The position numbers and the translations under genes are program-made. Of a stretch of 64,000 bases of DNA, positions 18,720 to 28,653 are shown piece after piece. The first letter of the stretch is position 1. Each line of letters opens with the position of its first letter. The stretch comes from an uncultured Myxococcales bacterium. GTDB taxonomy: Bacteria > Myxococcota > UBA4151. The notes beneath the pieces were generated by a model that did not search any database, was not told where the DNA came from, and saw only the letters and a program-made list of their open reading frames with translations. The stretch covers positions 1,673 through 65,672 of the forward strand of contig CAXGWI010000004.1 in NCBI GenBank assembly GCA_964013405.1, read 5' to 3'.

Positions 18720-20411
18720 ATGGCCTCACCTCAATTTCCCGAACCACCCGACGCTGTTGAGCCCACGACGGAGGCGGCCATCGACCAGGCCCTAGAGAAG
18801 CTGACTGCGAACAAGGAGCGCTGGGTTGATTTGGAACTCTCCGCACGGCTGCGGCTTCTTGAGCAATTGAAAGACCGAACCCTGGCCCAGGCGCAAACTT
18901 GGGTGGAGCTTACCTGCCGCTCCCAGGGGCAATCTGTTGAAAGTAGTGGGGCGGGGGGCCCCTGGCTTGGGGGCCCGGTGACCACCATGCGGAATATTAG
19001 TCTCCTCATCGACACCCTCAAGGCCGGTGGGCAGCCGAAGCCGCCGAGCGTCGATGATGGTCCCGGGGGGCGAAAGATTGCGCAAGTGTATCCCCAAACC
19101 CTGCTCGACAAGATTTTGATGCCAGGGATCACCGGTGAGGTTTGGATTCAAGCCGGTGCGCCGGCGAGTCAGGGCCGATTTTACCGAGAAGGTGCCCAGG
19201 GCAAGGTTGCCTTGGTGCTCGGTGCGGGAAATGTGAACTCGATCGGCCCCATGGACGTGCTCTATAAGCTTTATGCCGAGGGCGAAGTCTGCATTCTGAA
19301 AATGAATCCGGTGAACGAATACATCGGCCCGGTGATCGAAGAAGCGTTTAAGCCCTTGATCGACGAAGGCTTCCTCGCTGTCGTTTACGGTGGCGCTGAC
19401 GTCGGCCGGTATCTGACATCCCATCCTCTTGTTGAAACCCTCCACATCACTGGGTCCGATCAAACCCACGACGCCATCATCTGGGGGGGCTCAGAGGAGC
19501 GAGATGCGAACAAGGCCGCGGGAAGCCCCCAGTGTGCCAAGCCAATCAGCTCCGAGCTCGGCTGTGTGACACCTGTGATCGTTGTGCCCGGTGATTGGTC
19601 GGCGAAGGAGCTGGACTACCAGGCTCGGCAGATCGCGGGACAAGTGTTCAACAATGGTTCTTTTAACTGCAATGCAGCCAAGGTCTTGGTGACGAGCGCT
19701 GGCTGGTCCCAACGGGAGGCTTTCTTAGATCGACTGCGGGCGATCTTTCGGTCGTCGGCCCCCCACAAAGCCTACTATCCCGGTGCGCAGGACCGTTATG
19801 AGGGCTTCCTAGCCCATTACCCAGAGGCGGAGGTCTTAGGCGCCGATGGCGAAGACATCGTGCCGTGGACCTTCATCACCAATGTGCCAGCGGAAGCCGG
19901 CGAATACGCCCTAACCAACGAAGCATTTTGTGGCGTCCTTTGTGAGACGGCGCTCACCGAGCAAGATGCCGGGGCCTTTTTGCGGCGAGCTGTCACCTTC
20001 TGCAACGACGCGGTCTGGGGCAACCTGAGTTGTTCCATCGTCATCGACCCCCGTCAGGAAGCGAAGCACCGGGAGACCCTCGAGTGGGCGGTTGCTGAAC
20101 TCCGTTATGGCGGTGTCGCCGTCAATGTTTGGCCCGGGATGATTTACGGGCTCGTGACCACTTCCTGGGGCGCATATCCCGGTAACCCCTTGGAGGACAT
20201 TCGTTCTGGGCGGGGTGTGGTCCATAACAGCTATCTCTTCGACCACCCCGAAAAGAGCGTGGTCCGAGGTCCCTTTGTTCAGAGTCCCCCGGCCGTGTGG
20301 GCTGCAGGGCACCGGTCGGCCCATCAGGTAGGGCGGAAGCTCACCGCCTTCGAGCACACAAAGTCGATCTGGAAAATTCCCGGTTTGGCCATCAGCGCGC
20401 TGAAGGGGTGA
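18720..20411 (+). CDS. Aldehyde dehydrogenase family protein
   Basis: GAGN, LKMNPVN, HITGS, catalytic ELGCVTP and FNCNA, EAFCGVL; AAGGAG RBS before ATG 18720. Confidence 0.88.
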   Translation: MASPQFPEPPDAVEPTTEAAIDQALEKLTANKERWVDLELSARLRLLEQLKDRTLAQAQTWVELTCRSQGQSVESSGAGGPWLGGPVTTMRNISLLIDTLKAGGQPKPPSVDDGPGGRKIAQVYPQTLLDKILMPGITGEVWIQAGAPASQGRFYREGAQGKVALVLGAGNVNSIGPMDVLYKLYAEGEVCILKMNPVNEYIGPVIEEAFKPLIDEGFLAVVYGGADVGRYLTSHPLVETLHITGSDQTHDAIIWGGSEERDANKAAGSPQCAKPISSELGCVTPVIVVPGDWSAKELDYQARQIAGQVFNNGSFNCNAAKVLVTSAGWSQREAFLDRLRAIFRSSAPHKAYYPGAQDRYEGFLAHYPEAEVLGADGEDIVPWTFITNVPAEAGEYALTNEAFCGVLCETALTEQDAGAFLRRAVTFCNDAVWGNLSCSIVIDPRQEAKHRETLEWAVAELRYGGVAVNVWPGMIYGLVTTSWGAYPGNPLEDIRSGRGVVHNSYLFDHPEKSVVRGPFVQSPPAVWAAGHRSAHQVGRKLTAFEHTKSIWKIPGLAISALKG

Positions 20412-21945
20412 ATCGGCCCGTACCGTGGGGACCGAGATAGCCGGGCCAGCCTCGGTGTTGGGCAACGGGCGCATCCAAATCCCACAGCACCATCTCTAAG
20501 CCGCGACGGCCCGATCGGGTGAAGACCATTTCATAGTGACCGTCGCCATCGAGATCCTGGACGAGCGGGGTGCCGACGCTGGTCCCGGGGTGCGCAGCGA
20601 GTTCATGGCGCTCGCCTGTTCCCCCAGCCAGCAGGAGGATGCGCTGGTCGACCTGTTGTTGAGGCCCTTCGTCGATCACCGGATTCAGAATCAGGATCGC
20701 TTCATCGAGGCCATCCCGGTTGAGATCGACGAGCAGTGGCGACGGGACCGCCGTGTTTTCGAAGCGATGCTGATAGAGAATACGACCATCGTGACCGCTA
20801 ATCGCTAAGAGCTCCACGCCATTCCAATGGGGGTATGTTCCTCGACAAAACAGGGCGAGAACATCGGGGTGCTCATCTCCATCGAGGTAGCCGATGGCCG
20901 GGCTTGCCTGGGTTTCGGCATCGGCGAGACTGTGACTCCAGAGCTCTTCACCTTGATCCAGTTGAATCGCTGCAATCCGTCCATCAAAGCTCGCGGCGAC
21001 GACCTCGACTTGACCATCGCCATTGAGGTCGACGATGGCCGGCGGGGCGATGAAGCCTTTGTGACTCGCCGGTGCCATCAACTCCACGGCGCGGCTGAGA
21101 TCTTCTTGCATGAGATCCCCCAGGGTCGCCTTCCAGAGACTTCCGGGAAGCGTTTCGCCGCCGCTACCAAAGATGATAACGCTCGCCTCCAATGGCTCTC
21201 TTTGGATCCATAAAGGCGACAGATAGGTCTCTGCCTGATCGGGCATGACTGCTTGCCGAAGCGGGCGCCCGTCGTCGCCGCTGAGGATCATGAGGTGACC
21301 CGGTGGTCTGGGAGCGAAGGGTGCGGCTCGAGCATCACCCCCATTCGCCAGCAAGAGCTCGGGGATTTCATCGCCATCGAGATCGGGCAAGGCTTGGGGT
21401 GTGTAAAAGTTAAAGTAGCCGGCCTCACGCGCGGCGTTGCCCCTCGGCTCAAAGTTCCAAATCAGGCCCCCAGTCGAGGCATCGATGGCCAAGAGTTCCG
21501 CACCTCGCCCACCGATGACCAACTCGTTGGTTCCATCCAGGTTCAGGTCGATTTCGAGGCCTAGGGTAAACAGGCTTTCGCCCGCTTCGGTGCTACGCCA
21601 AAGACTACCACCATTGACCCCGGAGAGTGCCTCGATGGATCCGCGGGCTGCTTCGGTGCCCGTTCCAAGGACCAAGTCGAGGTTACCATCACCATTAAGG
21701 TCGGTGGCCAAGGGGGAAGCCGAACTCTCATCGGCTAAGGGGGTCACCCAGCGCTCTTGAAAGGCCGGCGGCAGAACGGGAGGAGGACCTGTGTCCTCTC
21801 GAGGCCCGATCTCCAATGATCCCAGATCTGATCGTCCGGCGTCCAGCGCTTGAACGAAAGCATCCTGGGGCCATCCCGCGTCGCTCACGACGACCGGCGC
21901 TGGGCAGCCAAGCATGGGGCTCAGGACCAAGATCAGGCGCTTCAT
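20392..21945 (-). CDS. FG-GAP/PQQ-like beta-propeller lipoprotein (paralogue 2)
   Basis: MLG-C lipobox; colinear with the 17009 gene (FNFY.PQ, PRPPGHLM, AETY.SP, FGSGGET). Confidence 0.8.
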   Translation of the reverse strand: MKRLILVLSPMLGCPAPVVVSDAGWPQDAFVQALDAGRSDLGSLEIGPREDTGPPPVLPPAFQERWVTPLADESSASPLATDLNGDGNLDLVLGTGTEAARGSIEALSGVNGGSLWRSTEAGESLFTLGLEIDLNLDGTNELVIGGRGAELLAIDASTGGLIWNFEPRGNAAREAGYFNFYTPQALPDLDGDEIPELLLANGGDARAAPFAPRPPGHLMILSGDDGRPLRQAVMPDQAETYLSPLWIQREPLEASVIIFGSGGETLPGSLWKATLGDLMQEDLSRAVELMAPASHKGFIAPPAIVDLNGDGQVEVVAASFDGRIAAIQLDQGEELWSHSLADAETQASPAIGYLDGDEHPDVLALFCRGTYPHWNGVELLAISGHDGRILYQHRFENTAVPSPLLVDLNRDGLDEAILILNPVIDEGPQQQVDQRILLLAGGTGERHELAAHPGTSVGTPLVQDLDGDGHYEMVFTRSGRRGLEMVLWDLDAPVAQHRGWPGYLGPHGTGRFTPSAR

Positions 21946-21970
21946 GTCCCTGCCATCTCAGTTTCCGACC

Positions 21971-22004
21971 AAAAAAGAAAAGGGGCCCGACATGCGGGCC
22001 CCTT
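21971..22004 (-). terminator. Intrinsic terminator
   Basis: 10-bp stem AAGGGGCCCG/CGGGCCCCTT, 5-nt loop, U-tract on the minus strand just after the 22028 stop. Confidence 0.8.
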
Positions 22005-22027
22005 CTAAAGCACTCATAAAGGCCTGC

Positions 22028-24061
22028 TTAGAGGCTCTTGAGGAAGGCGACCATGGCATCCCGTTCCCGATCACTGAGGTCACCGGTGCAACCCATGGAG
22101 CAGTCCTTGGCCCGATCGAGCACCTCGTAGAGGGTCGCGGCCGAGCCGTCATGGAAGTAAGGGGCCGATGCGGCAATGCCATTGAGCGACCGGGTGCGCA
22201 CGGAACGACCGAAGACCTGATGGATCTGATTATCGGTGTAGATCTCGGGATGATCTTCGTTGCTGTGGCAGGTGGAGCATGCGGTCCGGTCACTGTGGAA
22301 GAGGGCCCGGCCCTCCGCAATCAATGCCGACTCTTGCCCCCGGTTCTCAGTGTCTACCTCGGGCGTACTGTTGACGAAGGCAGCGATCGCATCGACCGTC
22401 CCTTGATCGATTTCGGTGCCACCCATCCGATTTTGGCTCGTCGACAGAATCTCATCAGCAACGGTGGGCACGTTGTCGAACCACGAGATGGGCTCCGTGC
22501 GACTGACGTCACCGGCGAGGGATGGCGTGCTGCGGCCGAGACCATCATCGAACTGCCAGGTCAGGCCATCGTTCCGGCCATCGAAGTGGCAGGCGGAGCA
22601 GCTGACACCTGAGCCCTGGGCACTGACCGTGCTGTCGACGGAACTGAAGAACAGGCGACGGCCCCGATCGTGCTCGTCCGAGAGGGCCCGGGGTGCCATT
22701 CGGATCGTTTGGGGGATGAGCGCCCCATCGGAGATCACGGTGCGGCGTCCGAGGTTCTGGACGACCGCGTCCATGTCGATCTTCGATAGGCCGTGATCGA
22801 AGCGAGTATGCACCATGGCTTCGCCATCGGAGTTAAAGGTCACAGACTGGGGGCCAGAGCCCACCGGAATCGTCAGGAACTGACCGAATTCGCCCATGAA
22901 GACCTCATCCATTTCAAGGCTGACTCGCCCTTGGTCATCCTGGCGGGTCTTGGGCGTACCAAAGACGCAGCGGTTGTTGGGGAAGCGGGCCAGTGGAACC
23001 GCGAGCACTGCGTTCGCACTCTCCATGGAGACGAGAGCCAGTCGCCCATCGGGTGAGGGGGTGACGCCCGTGGGGAAACCTCGAACGACGGTCCTAAATT
23101 CGTGGCGGTCTTCCCCTTGGATGACTTGAGCCTGACCACTGAGTTCGGTCACGACGGCCGACGATGGCTCTGGCCTACCCATGGCACTGACGGGAACCGA
23201 AACGAGGGCTGGCACGAAGCGGGGATTGATGGTGCTCCCATAGTCATCCCCCGTGTCCACATCGCCGCAGCCCTCTTCGCAGTCGATGTCGCCGCTGTGG
23301 GGGTTGGTGGGAACTTCGCGCATGTTGTCCACGTAAAAGGTGGGCACGAGCAGGCGCTCGCCATCCACATCGATGGCGATATCACCGGTGATGCGAACAC
23401 TGCGGCTATCATCATCGAAGCCTCGGATCTGGGGCAGCCCGACCTCTGTGACCCCCCCATCGTCGAGCAGGTCAATGGCGTTCAAACGGCCGTTCATGGC
23501 CGAGGCGACAAAGAGCGTGTTGCCCGAGGGGTGAAGAGCTAACCAGCGAGGCTCGTTGCCGATCTCCCATTGGCGTTGGACTTCTAGACTTGCAACGCTC
23601 CGCTCCTCGACGCGGCCTGACTGGCCTGAGGTCAGGTAAAGGAGGGTTCCAGCCTCGTTTGCCACCAAGCCGGCTGGCTCGGCGCCGGTATCCACAACGT
23701 TGAGAAGCTCCAGAGTTTCGCCAGTCTCCTTAAAGACTGCGAGGCCGCGCTGACCCTTAAGGGTGACGAAGACACGGTCGCCAGCGATGGCGATGCGATT
23801 CGGCGCGCTGCCTGCTTCGATGCGCTGGAAGAGTCCGGATTCTCGGTTGAACCTGGTGATGCTATTGTGGTCCGTATTGACCACGTAAACGATACGCTGA
23901 TCCGCCGAGGTCACCGCGCTTCGGCTGCCCGTTGCGTGGAAAGAATCCGTCAAGCCGCCACCATCGCACTCCTGCTGTGCGGGGCAAGCTGTCAGGAACC
24001 CAGCAGCTGGTAGAAGAAGAAACAGTCCTAGAGTTCGCATCGTTGCACTCCAATTCATCAA
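22028..24061 (-). CDS. YVTN/YncE beta-propeller + diheme cytochrome c lipoprotein
   Basis: LTA-C lipobox; VYVVN and G.EP.GL repeats; CSACH and CSTCH; RSTPSL, APYFHDGSAATL (cytochrome c peroxidase/MauG-like). Start may be ATG 24040. Confidence 0.82.
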   Translation of the reverse strand: MMNWSATMRTLGLFLLLPAAGFLTACPAQQECDGGGLTDSFHATGSRSAVTSADQRIVYVVNTDHNSITRFNRESGLFQRIEAGSAPNRIAIAGDRVFVTLKGQRGLAVFKETGETLELLNVVDTGAEPAGLVANEAGTLLYLTSGQSGRVEERSVASLEVQRQWEIGNEPRWLALHPSGNTLFVASAMNGRLNAIDLLDDGGVTEVGLPQIRGFDDDSRSVRITGDIAIDVDGERLLVPTFYVDNMREVPTNPHSGDIDCEEGCGDVDTGDDYGSTINPRFVPALVSVPVSAMGRPEPSSAVVTELSGQAQVIQGEDRHEFRTVVRGFPTGVTPSPDGRLALVSMESANAVLAVPLARFPNNRCVFGTPKTRQDDQGRVSLEMDEVFMGEFGQFLTIPVGSGPQSVTFNSDGEAMVHTRFDHGLSKIDMDAVVQNLGRRTVISDGALIPQTIRMAPRALSDEHDRGRRLFFSSVDSTVSAQGSGVSCSACHFDGRNDGLTWQFDDGLGRSTPSLAGDVSRTEPISWFDNVPTVADEILSTSQNRMGGTEIDQGTVDAIAAFVNSTPEVDTENRGQESALIAEGRALFHSDRTACSTCHSNEDHPEIYTDNQIHQVFGRSVRTRSLNGIAASAPYFHDGSAATLYEVLDRAKDCSMGCTGDLSDRERDAMVAFLKSL

Positions 24062-24238
24062 CCTTATCCGTAGGTTAACCTAGCAGGCACTGGGTCGTAT
24101 GCAAAGTGAGCGCTGACACAGCAACCCGGGCCGAGTTGACTCGATAAACGATGACTTTCGTTGGGGGAAGGCTCGACTTAGGCAAGAACGGTGGAATGTG
24201 GAGGTCGCCCTTCGAGTTTTTTCACGTTAGGGAGGCCT

Positions 24239-24721
24239 ATGATCGATAGCGTTCTTATCATCATCGGCGCCTGTTTTGTGCTCGCTGGTGTCATCGGCTC
24301 CCTCATCCCGGTGATCCCTGGGCCTCTCCTCACCTACCTGGGCCTGCTCGCCCTCCACAGCACCGAGTTGGTTGAGGTCGATGGCCTGATCCTCTTCGCT
24401 GTCTTGACGGTCGTGGTGGCGGCCATCGAGTACTTTCTGCCCCTCTACGTGGGCCGCAAGCTCGGGGCGACTCGTGCAGGGGTCTACGGCGGTATCCTCG
24501 GTACGCTGATCGGGCTGTTGTTCATGCCCATCGGCATCATCGTTGGCCCGATGATCGGGGCCCTTGCTTTCGAATCCATGACCAAACGCAGTGTCGGTGA
24601 CTCCTTGAAGGCCTCAATCGGTGTCTTTCTGGGTACCGTGATCAACTTTGCCCTGCGGTTCGCTCTGTGTGTCTGGATGGCTTATGTTTTTGTCGTCGAG
24701 GTGATGGCGGTCTGGTCTTAG
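24239..24721 (+). CDS. DUF456 family membrane protein
   Basis: GSLIPVIPG, GIIVGPMIGALAFE; GGAGG RBS before ATG 24239. Confidence 0.82.
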   Translation: MIDSVLIIIGACFVLAGVIGSLIPVIPGPLLTYLGLLALHSTELVEVDGLILFAVLTVVVAAIEYFLPLYVGRKLGATRAGVYGGILGTLIGLLFMPIGIIVGPMIGALAFESMTKRSVGDSLKASIGVFLGTVINFALRFALCVWMAYVFVVEVMAVWS

Positions 24722-26386
24722 GCTTTTGCGGAGCATCTGACGCAAGGACTGCGCTTTGGGGTTCGACTCGAGGGCGAGGCCCGCATCGACGGCTTTCAGT
24801 GCCTCTTCAACTTGGCCACCTCGAGCCAAAGCGCCGGCCCGATTGAAATGGGCCTCCGCAAGAGAAGGGTCGATCGCCACCGCCATCCGCCAACTTCGCA
24901 GAGCCTCTCTATGCTGTTGGCCTTGGGCAAAACGCACGCCCTGATTATTGAGCGACCTGGCCATCTCCGGTGCCTCTGCCCCTAACCATCGACGGACCTC
25001 GGGAAGGGCTTCTGGGGGATGGGCAGTGCCCTTGGGCCAGCGATGCAGCCAGTGGTAAATCGCCTCTCGCGGTGGCGAGAAGTCTGGGTCGAGTACGGCG
25101 GCCTTCAGGTGGGCGTCGAGGGCTTCTTCAGCCTGTCCCGTTGCCTCAAGGCTGCTGCCCCAAAGCGCCTGGGCGAGCGCACTATTGGGCACCAGAGTCA
25201 CCACTTCCTGGTGGCGTTCATGCAGTGGTTTTTGGTTCCTGGTTTCACCGTGAATCAAAACCGCGGCCGGGATCACGAAGAGCAGTAACCATCGCAGACC
25301 ATGGCCATAACGTTGGCCTGTTTGTTGGCCAGGGGAGCGATGCTTGCTTTCGATCCCTAGATCCCGGCGTGTCTCCCCATGATTGAGCTTCCAAATGAAA
25401 CCATCGTAATAAAAGTGGAGCAGTTGGCTCGCGGCCAATAGCCCCGTGGTCAGGCCATAGGCGGTGCTGCCGGCCTCGCCGATGGGGGGCAGGGCGCCGT
25501 AACCCAGACAGAGGAGGACATAGAGCCCTAGACCCAGGGCCCCGCCGGCGAAGAGCCGGCGACTCAGGGGGCCGAGGGTCGCGCCACTCTCGGCTCTGCG
25601 TCGATTGAAGAGCCAGACGATCGTCAAATACTGGATGTCGTGAAAGACCTCGAAGAGCGGCAAGGCCAGAAGGATGTTGCTGACCGCGAGGTTGGCCCAG
25701 GCCCACGTGCCGATGCTTGAAAAAAGAAGCAGGATTTTGGCCGGGCTTGGCCCGCGGCCCTGGGCGTGACTACTGATGGCATTTGCAAGCCACATCACGA
25801 AGACGACGACGCCGGTGGCAATGCCTAGTTGGTGAACCCACATCAAGGTGCTCGCCGTGGGGAGGCCAAAGCCCGCGTGGGACAGCATTTGAAGAACGAA
25901 TTGGAGCCGGCCCGGGGAGAGCAGGACAACCAGGCCGAAGCCGACGAGGACTAAGGCGAGGTCCAGCCGCGCGGTACGCCCGTCGACGCAGCCCCACTTC
26001 GCATCGTAAATTCTCGCGAAGCCATGGCTCTGGAGGGCGGCGTGCCAAATACCCCAGATGAAGGCCATGAAGATCAGGCTTTGGAGTTGGTAGAGTGCAC
26101 AAGCCATGCAGGCAGCGGCCAAAAAGGCTGGCGCCGCGATGAAGCGGAAGCGGAAACGCTTAAAGAGTTGGCGGTCACCATAGGCCCGGACCATCCCGGG
26201 TAAATGATGCCCCTGGGCACCAAAGGTCATGATCCACTCGTTGAGTTGGGCCGCTGTGCTGAGCCCGAGCCCCAGGCAGCCAAAAAGGGCTGGGATGACC
26301 AAAGCCGGTGTGGCGATGACCAACAACAAGTCAGGCCCTTTTCCGACCAGCCAGATGTTTGGAGCGTCAGCGGGCTGCGAGCTCAC
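24614..26386 (-). CDS. Polytopic membrane protein with His motifs and C-terminal TPRs
   Basis: Multiple hydrophobic helices; GHHLPG, WHAALQSHG, FHDIQY, LHFYYDGFIW; TPRs (AEAHFNRAGAL). GTG 26386 overlaps the upstream stop. Confidence 0.75.
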   Translation of the reverse strand: MSSQPADAPNIWLVGKGPDLLLVIATPALVIPALFGCLGLGLSTAAQLNEWIMTFGAQGHHLPGMVRAYGDRQLFKRFRFRFIAAPAFLAAACMACALYQLQSLIFMAFIWGIWHAALQSHGFARIYDAKWGCVDGRTARLDLALVLVGFGLVVLLSPGRLQFVLQMLSHAGFGLPTASTLMWVHQLGIATGVVVFVMWLANAISSHAQGRGPSPAKILLLFSSIGTWAWANLAVSNILLALPLFEVFHDIQYLTIVWLFNRRRAESGATLGPLSRRLFAGGALGLGLYVLLCLGYGALPPIGEAGSTAYGLTTGLLAASQLLHFYYDGFIWKLNHGETRRDLGIESKHRSPGQQTGQRYGHGLRWLLLFVIPAAVLIHGETRNQKPLHERHQEVVTLVPNSALAQALWGSSLEATGQAEEALDAHLKAAVLDPDFSPPREAIYHWLHRWPKGTAHPPEALPEVRRWLGAEAPEMARSLNNQGVRFAQGQQHREALRSWRMAVAIDPSLAEAHFNRAGALARGGQVEEALKAVDAGLALESNPKAQSLRQMLRKSLRPDRHHLDDKNISHPDTQSEPQGKVDHGTQKDTD

Positions 26387-28653
26387 GGTAAGGCGAACCA
26401 GCGATGAATCCACCACTGGCCATCCCGGCGGAGCATAAAGGCTTCGTCAGCGACTTCGAGGGTGGCGCGACAGCCGGTGTCGGTTGCGACGCAATCCACG
26501 GCTCGCACCCCTTCAGGACTGCGGATGGCCAAGTCCCAAGCAGCTTGGGGCCACCAGGGATGATCGAAGGTGAGTTCAAGGCTCAGTCCATCGCGAGTCC
26601 ACTGGATCCAAGCTGGCTCTTCCAGGTCGATGGGGCCCGCTCCACCCTGGCAATCGTAGTCTTGGATCGCGCCACTCGGGTATCGCAACCGCCCTGTGCT
26701 GCTACCACTCATGAGCCATGGGGAGAGCCCGAGGCGTAGTTGCCCTTGAATATCTCGGCGGGCAAATCGGCTGGAGCCCGCTTCCTGGACAGCAAAGCCA
26801 CTGCCGACGGTCGCGACGTATCGACTCTTTGCTCGCAGCGTACAGCGGGGGCTGGCGCCTCGCTGCGGGACCTCCCTATAGAGGGTAGGCCGGCCTTCTT
26901 GGGGCATCATGAGGATCTCTAAATAACCGTCTTGGTCCAGATCGACACGGGTCAGGCCCCGGGTGGCTTGAAGGCCGCCGAGGGGGCTCGCTGCTGTCGG
27001 TCCGTGCTCTTCGATCCCGACCTCCTCGGTGACCGCCCGGAAGTTCCCCTCTTGGTCCTGAAGAAAGAGAATGTCGTCGTGGAGTGGGTGCGGCTCCGGA
27101 CCCACCGAGCCTTGGCCGATCAAGACGTCATCGAAGCCATCTCGGTTAAAATCCTCTACCGAAACACCCCAGGCATAGAGCAGTTGTTGCTCCGAGCTGG
27201 TCAGATCCAAGCCTAACTCGAAGGCTCGATTCACCGGCTCACCATCGACGAATTGAACGACCCGGTTTGGGCCCCAATCCGAGATGTAGAGGTGTTCGCC
27301 GAGGCCTTCTACATGGAGATTTCCGATGCCCATAAAGGAGCCCCAAGCGCTGTCGCCGGTGCCGAGCAAGCGCCGGTCGAAAAGGCAGGGCTCAAGGGGG
27401 CTGCAGCTGAAGTAGACCGCACCGGGTGTCATCTCGGTATGGCCCGGATCAGCGAGGGTCGAAAAGGTGTCGTTGGCGACGACGAGATCGAGCAACCCAT
27501 CCCCGTTCACGTCCAAGCTACTCAGACCCAGGGTGGATCCGTCGTCGGCGAGGAGTTCGTCATAGTCCGCATCGAAAAGGGTGAAGGTGCCATCAACCAG
27601 TTGCTTCAATGCGATGTTGGAACGGATCGCTCGCACGGGTAGAGGGCGCCCATTGACTTGGGTCGCACCCAGTTGACAGCCGACGACCAAATCGACGAGC
27701 CCGTCTCGGTCGAGGTCGATCCATTCCATCGCGCCTGCTTTGCAGAAGGTTCGATAATCCTGATTGCCTAGCAGCGACATCAGGTTTGTGACCTCAGGCT
27801 CCGGATAGAAGCGCTTGAACTGGAGGCCCTGCTCACCAAGCATCAGCAGTTCGTGTTTGCCATCGTGCTCTAGATCGATGGCCCAGCCACTGTTCCAGGT
27901 GGTCGGTTCCCATTGGCAGGCCTCGGCCACCACCTCGAAGCGGAGGGTGCCCGGGGTCGACTGATTACGATAGAGACAGGGGGGCGAGTAGTCAGCGGTG
28001 CGCAAACTGCTGGCACCTAGAAAAAGGTCCAAATCGCCGTCGCCATCGAAGTCGAGTAGGCCGCCCCCAAAGCCATAGCCTTGGTCGAGTGCCTCGCCAT
28101 CAGCACCGGTGTGGAGCGTGATGGGGAAGACTTCGATCTTCTCGAACTGCACCCCCTCCGGGCTTACAGGTCGCTCGATACATTGGTGGGCCACGCAGCG
28201 ACTCTCTTCAGGGCAATCGCCGTGGACGAGGCATTCCCCTTGATAGCAACGGCCAAAGGTTGAACAGCGCCAGTCCGTAGGACAGTCCTCCCCCTGGGTG
28301 CAGGGCACGTCTTGGGGCCGCAAGCAGCGGCCCTCACTGCACACGGATTCTCCGTCACAGTCTTCAGTTTGGAGGCACTCATCTTCTGTACAGCGACCCT
28401 GGAGGCAGCGTTGCCCTGGGCCGCAACTGTCTTCGTCGCAGCGCCGCTGACAACGGGCATCGACGCAGACCGCATCCCCTGGACAGGGGAGATTGTCTCG
28501 GCAGGTGAGCGCTTCGCAAACACCCTGCCGGCACTGCTCGAATTCTTGGCACAATCCGCAGGCGTCACCGGCGTCAATGGCGCCCCCGTCCGGCGCGGGG
28601 TCGCTGCCCGGGCAGGCGATGAGAATGAAGATGAGGACAACGAGTGGTCTCAT
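26383..28653 (-). CDS. Cys-rich + FG-GAP/VCBS (CRTAC1/ASPIC-UnbV-like) lipoprotein, paralogue A
   Basis: LIA-C; Cys-rich repeats; GYGFGGGLLDFDGDGDLDL; AWG..EDFNRDG; LRYPSG; ATGA overlap at 28653. Confidence 0.82.
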   Translation of the reverse strand: MRPLVVLIFILIACPGSDPAPDGGAIDAGDACGLCQEFEQCRQGVCEALTCRDNLPCPGDAVCVDARCQRRCDEDSCGPGQRCLQGRCTEDECLQTEDCDGESVCSEGRCLRPQDVPCTQGEDCPTDWRCSTFGRCYQGECLVHGDCPEESRCVAHQCIERPVSPEGVQFEKIEVFPITLHTGADGEALDQGYGFGGGLLDFDGDGDLDLFLGASSLRTADYSPPCLYRNQSTPGTLRFEVVAEACQWEPTTWNSGWAIDLEHDGKHELLMLGEQGLQFKRFYPEPEVTNLMSLLGNQDYRTFCKAGAMEWIDLDRDGLVDLVVGCQLGATQVNGRPLPVRAIRSNIALKQLVDGTFTLFDADYDELLADDGSTLGLSSLDVNGDGLLDLVVANDTFSTLADPGHTEMTPGAVYFSCSPLEPCLFDRRLLGTGDSAWGSFMGIGNLHVEGLGEHLYISDWGPNRVVQFVDGEPVNRAFELGLDLTSSEQQLLYAWGVSVEDFNRDGFDDVLIGQGSVGPEPHPLHDDILFLQDQEGNFRAVTEEVGIEEHGPTAASPLGGLQATRGLTRVDLDQDGYLEILMMPQEGRPTLYREVPQRGASPRCTLRAKSRYVATVGSGFAVQEAGSSRFARRDIQGQLRLGLSPWLMSGSSTGRLRYPSGAIQDYDCQGGAGPIDLEEPAWIQWTRDGLSLELTFDHPWWPQAAWDLAIRSPEGVRAVDCVATDTGCRATLEVADEAFMLRRDGQWWIHRWFALP

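Noticed and set aside
14554-24115. Sigma-54-like elements AGCAC-N5-TTGCA and AGCGC-N5-TTGCA upstream of the PLD and diheme genes
   Set aside because: Both have AG in place of the near-invariant GG at -24.
24614-24721. Functional dual-coding region
   Set aside because: The minus-strand tail is hydrophilic sequence after the last TPR, best explained by stop-codon loss.
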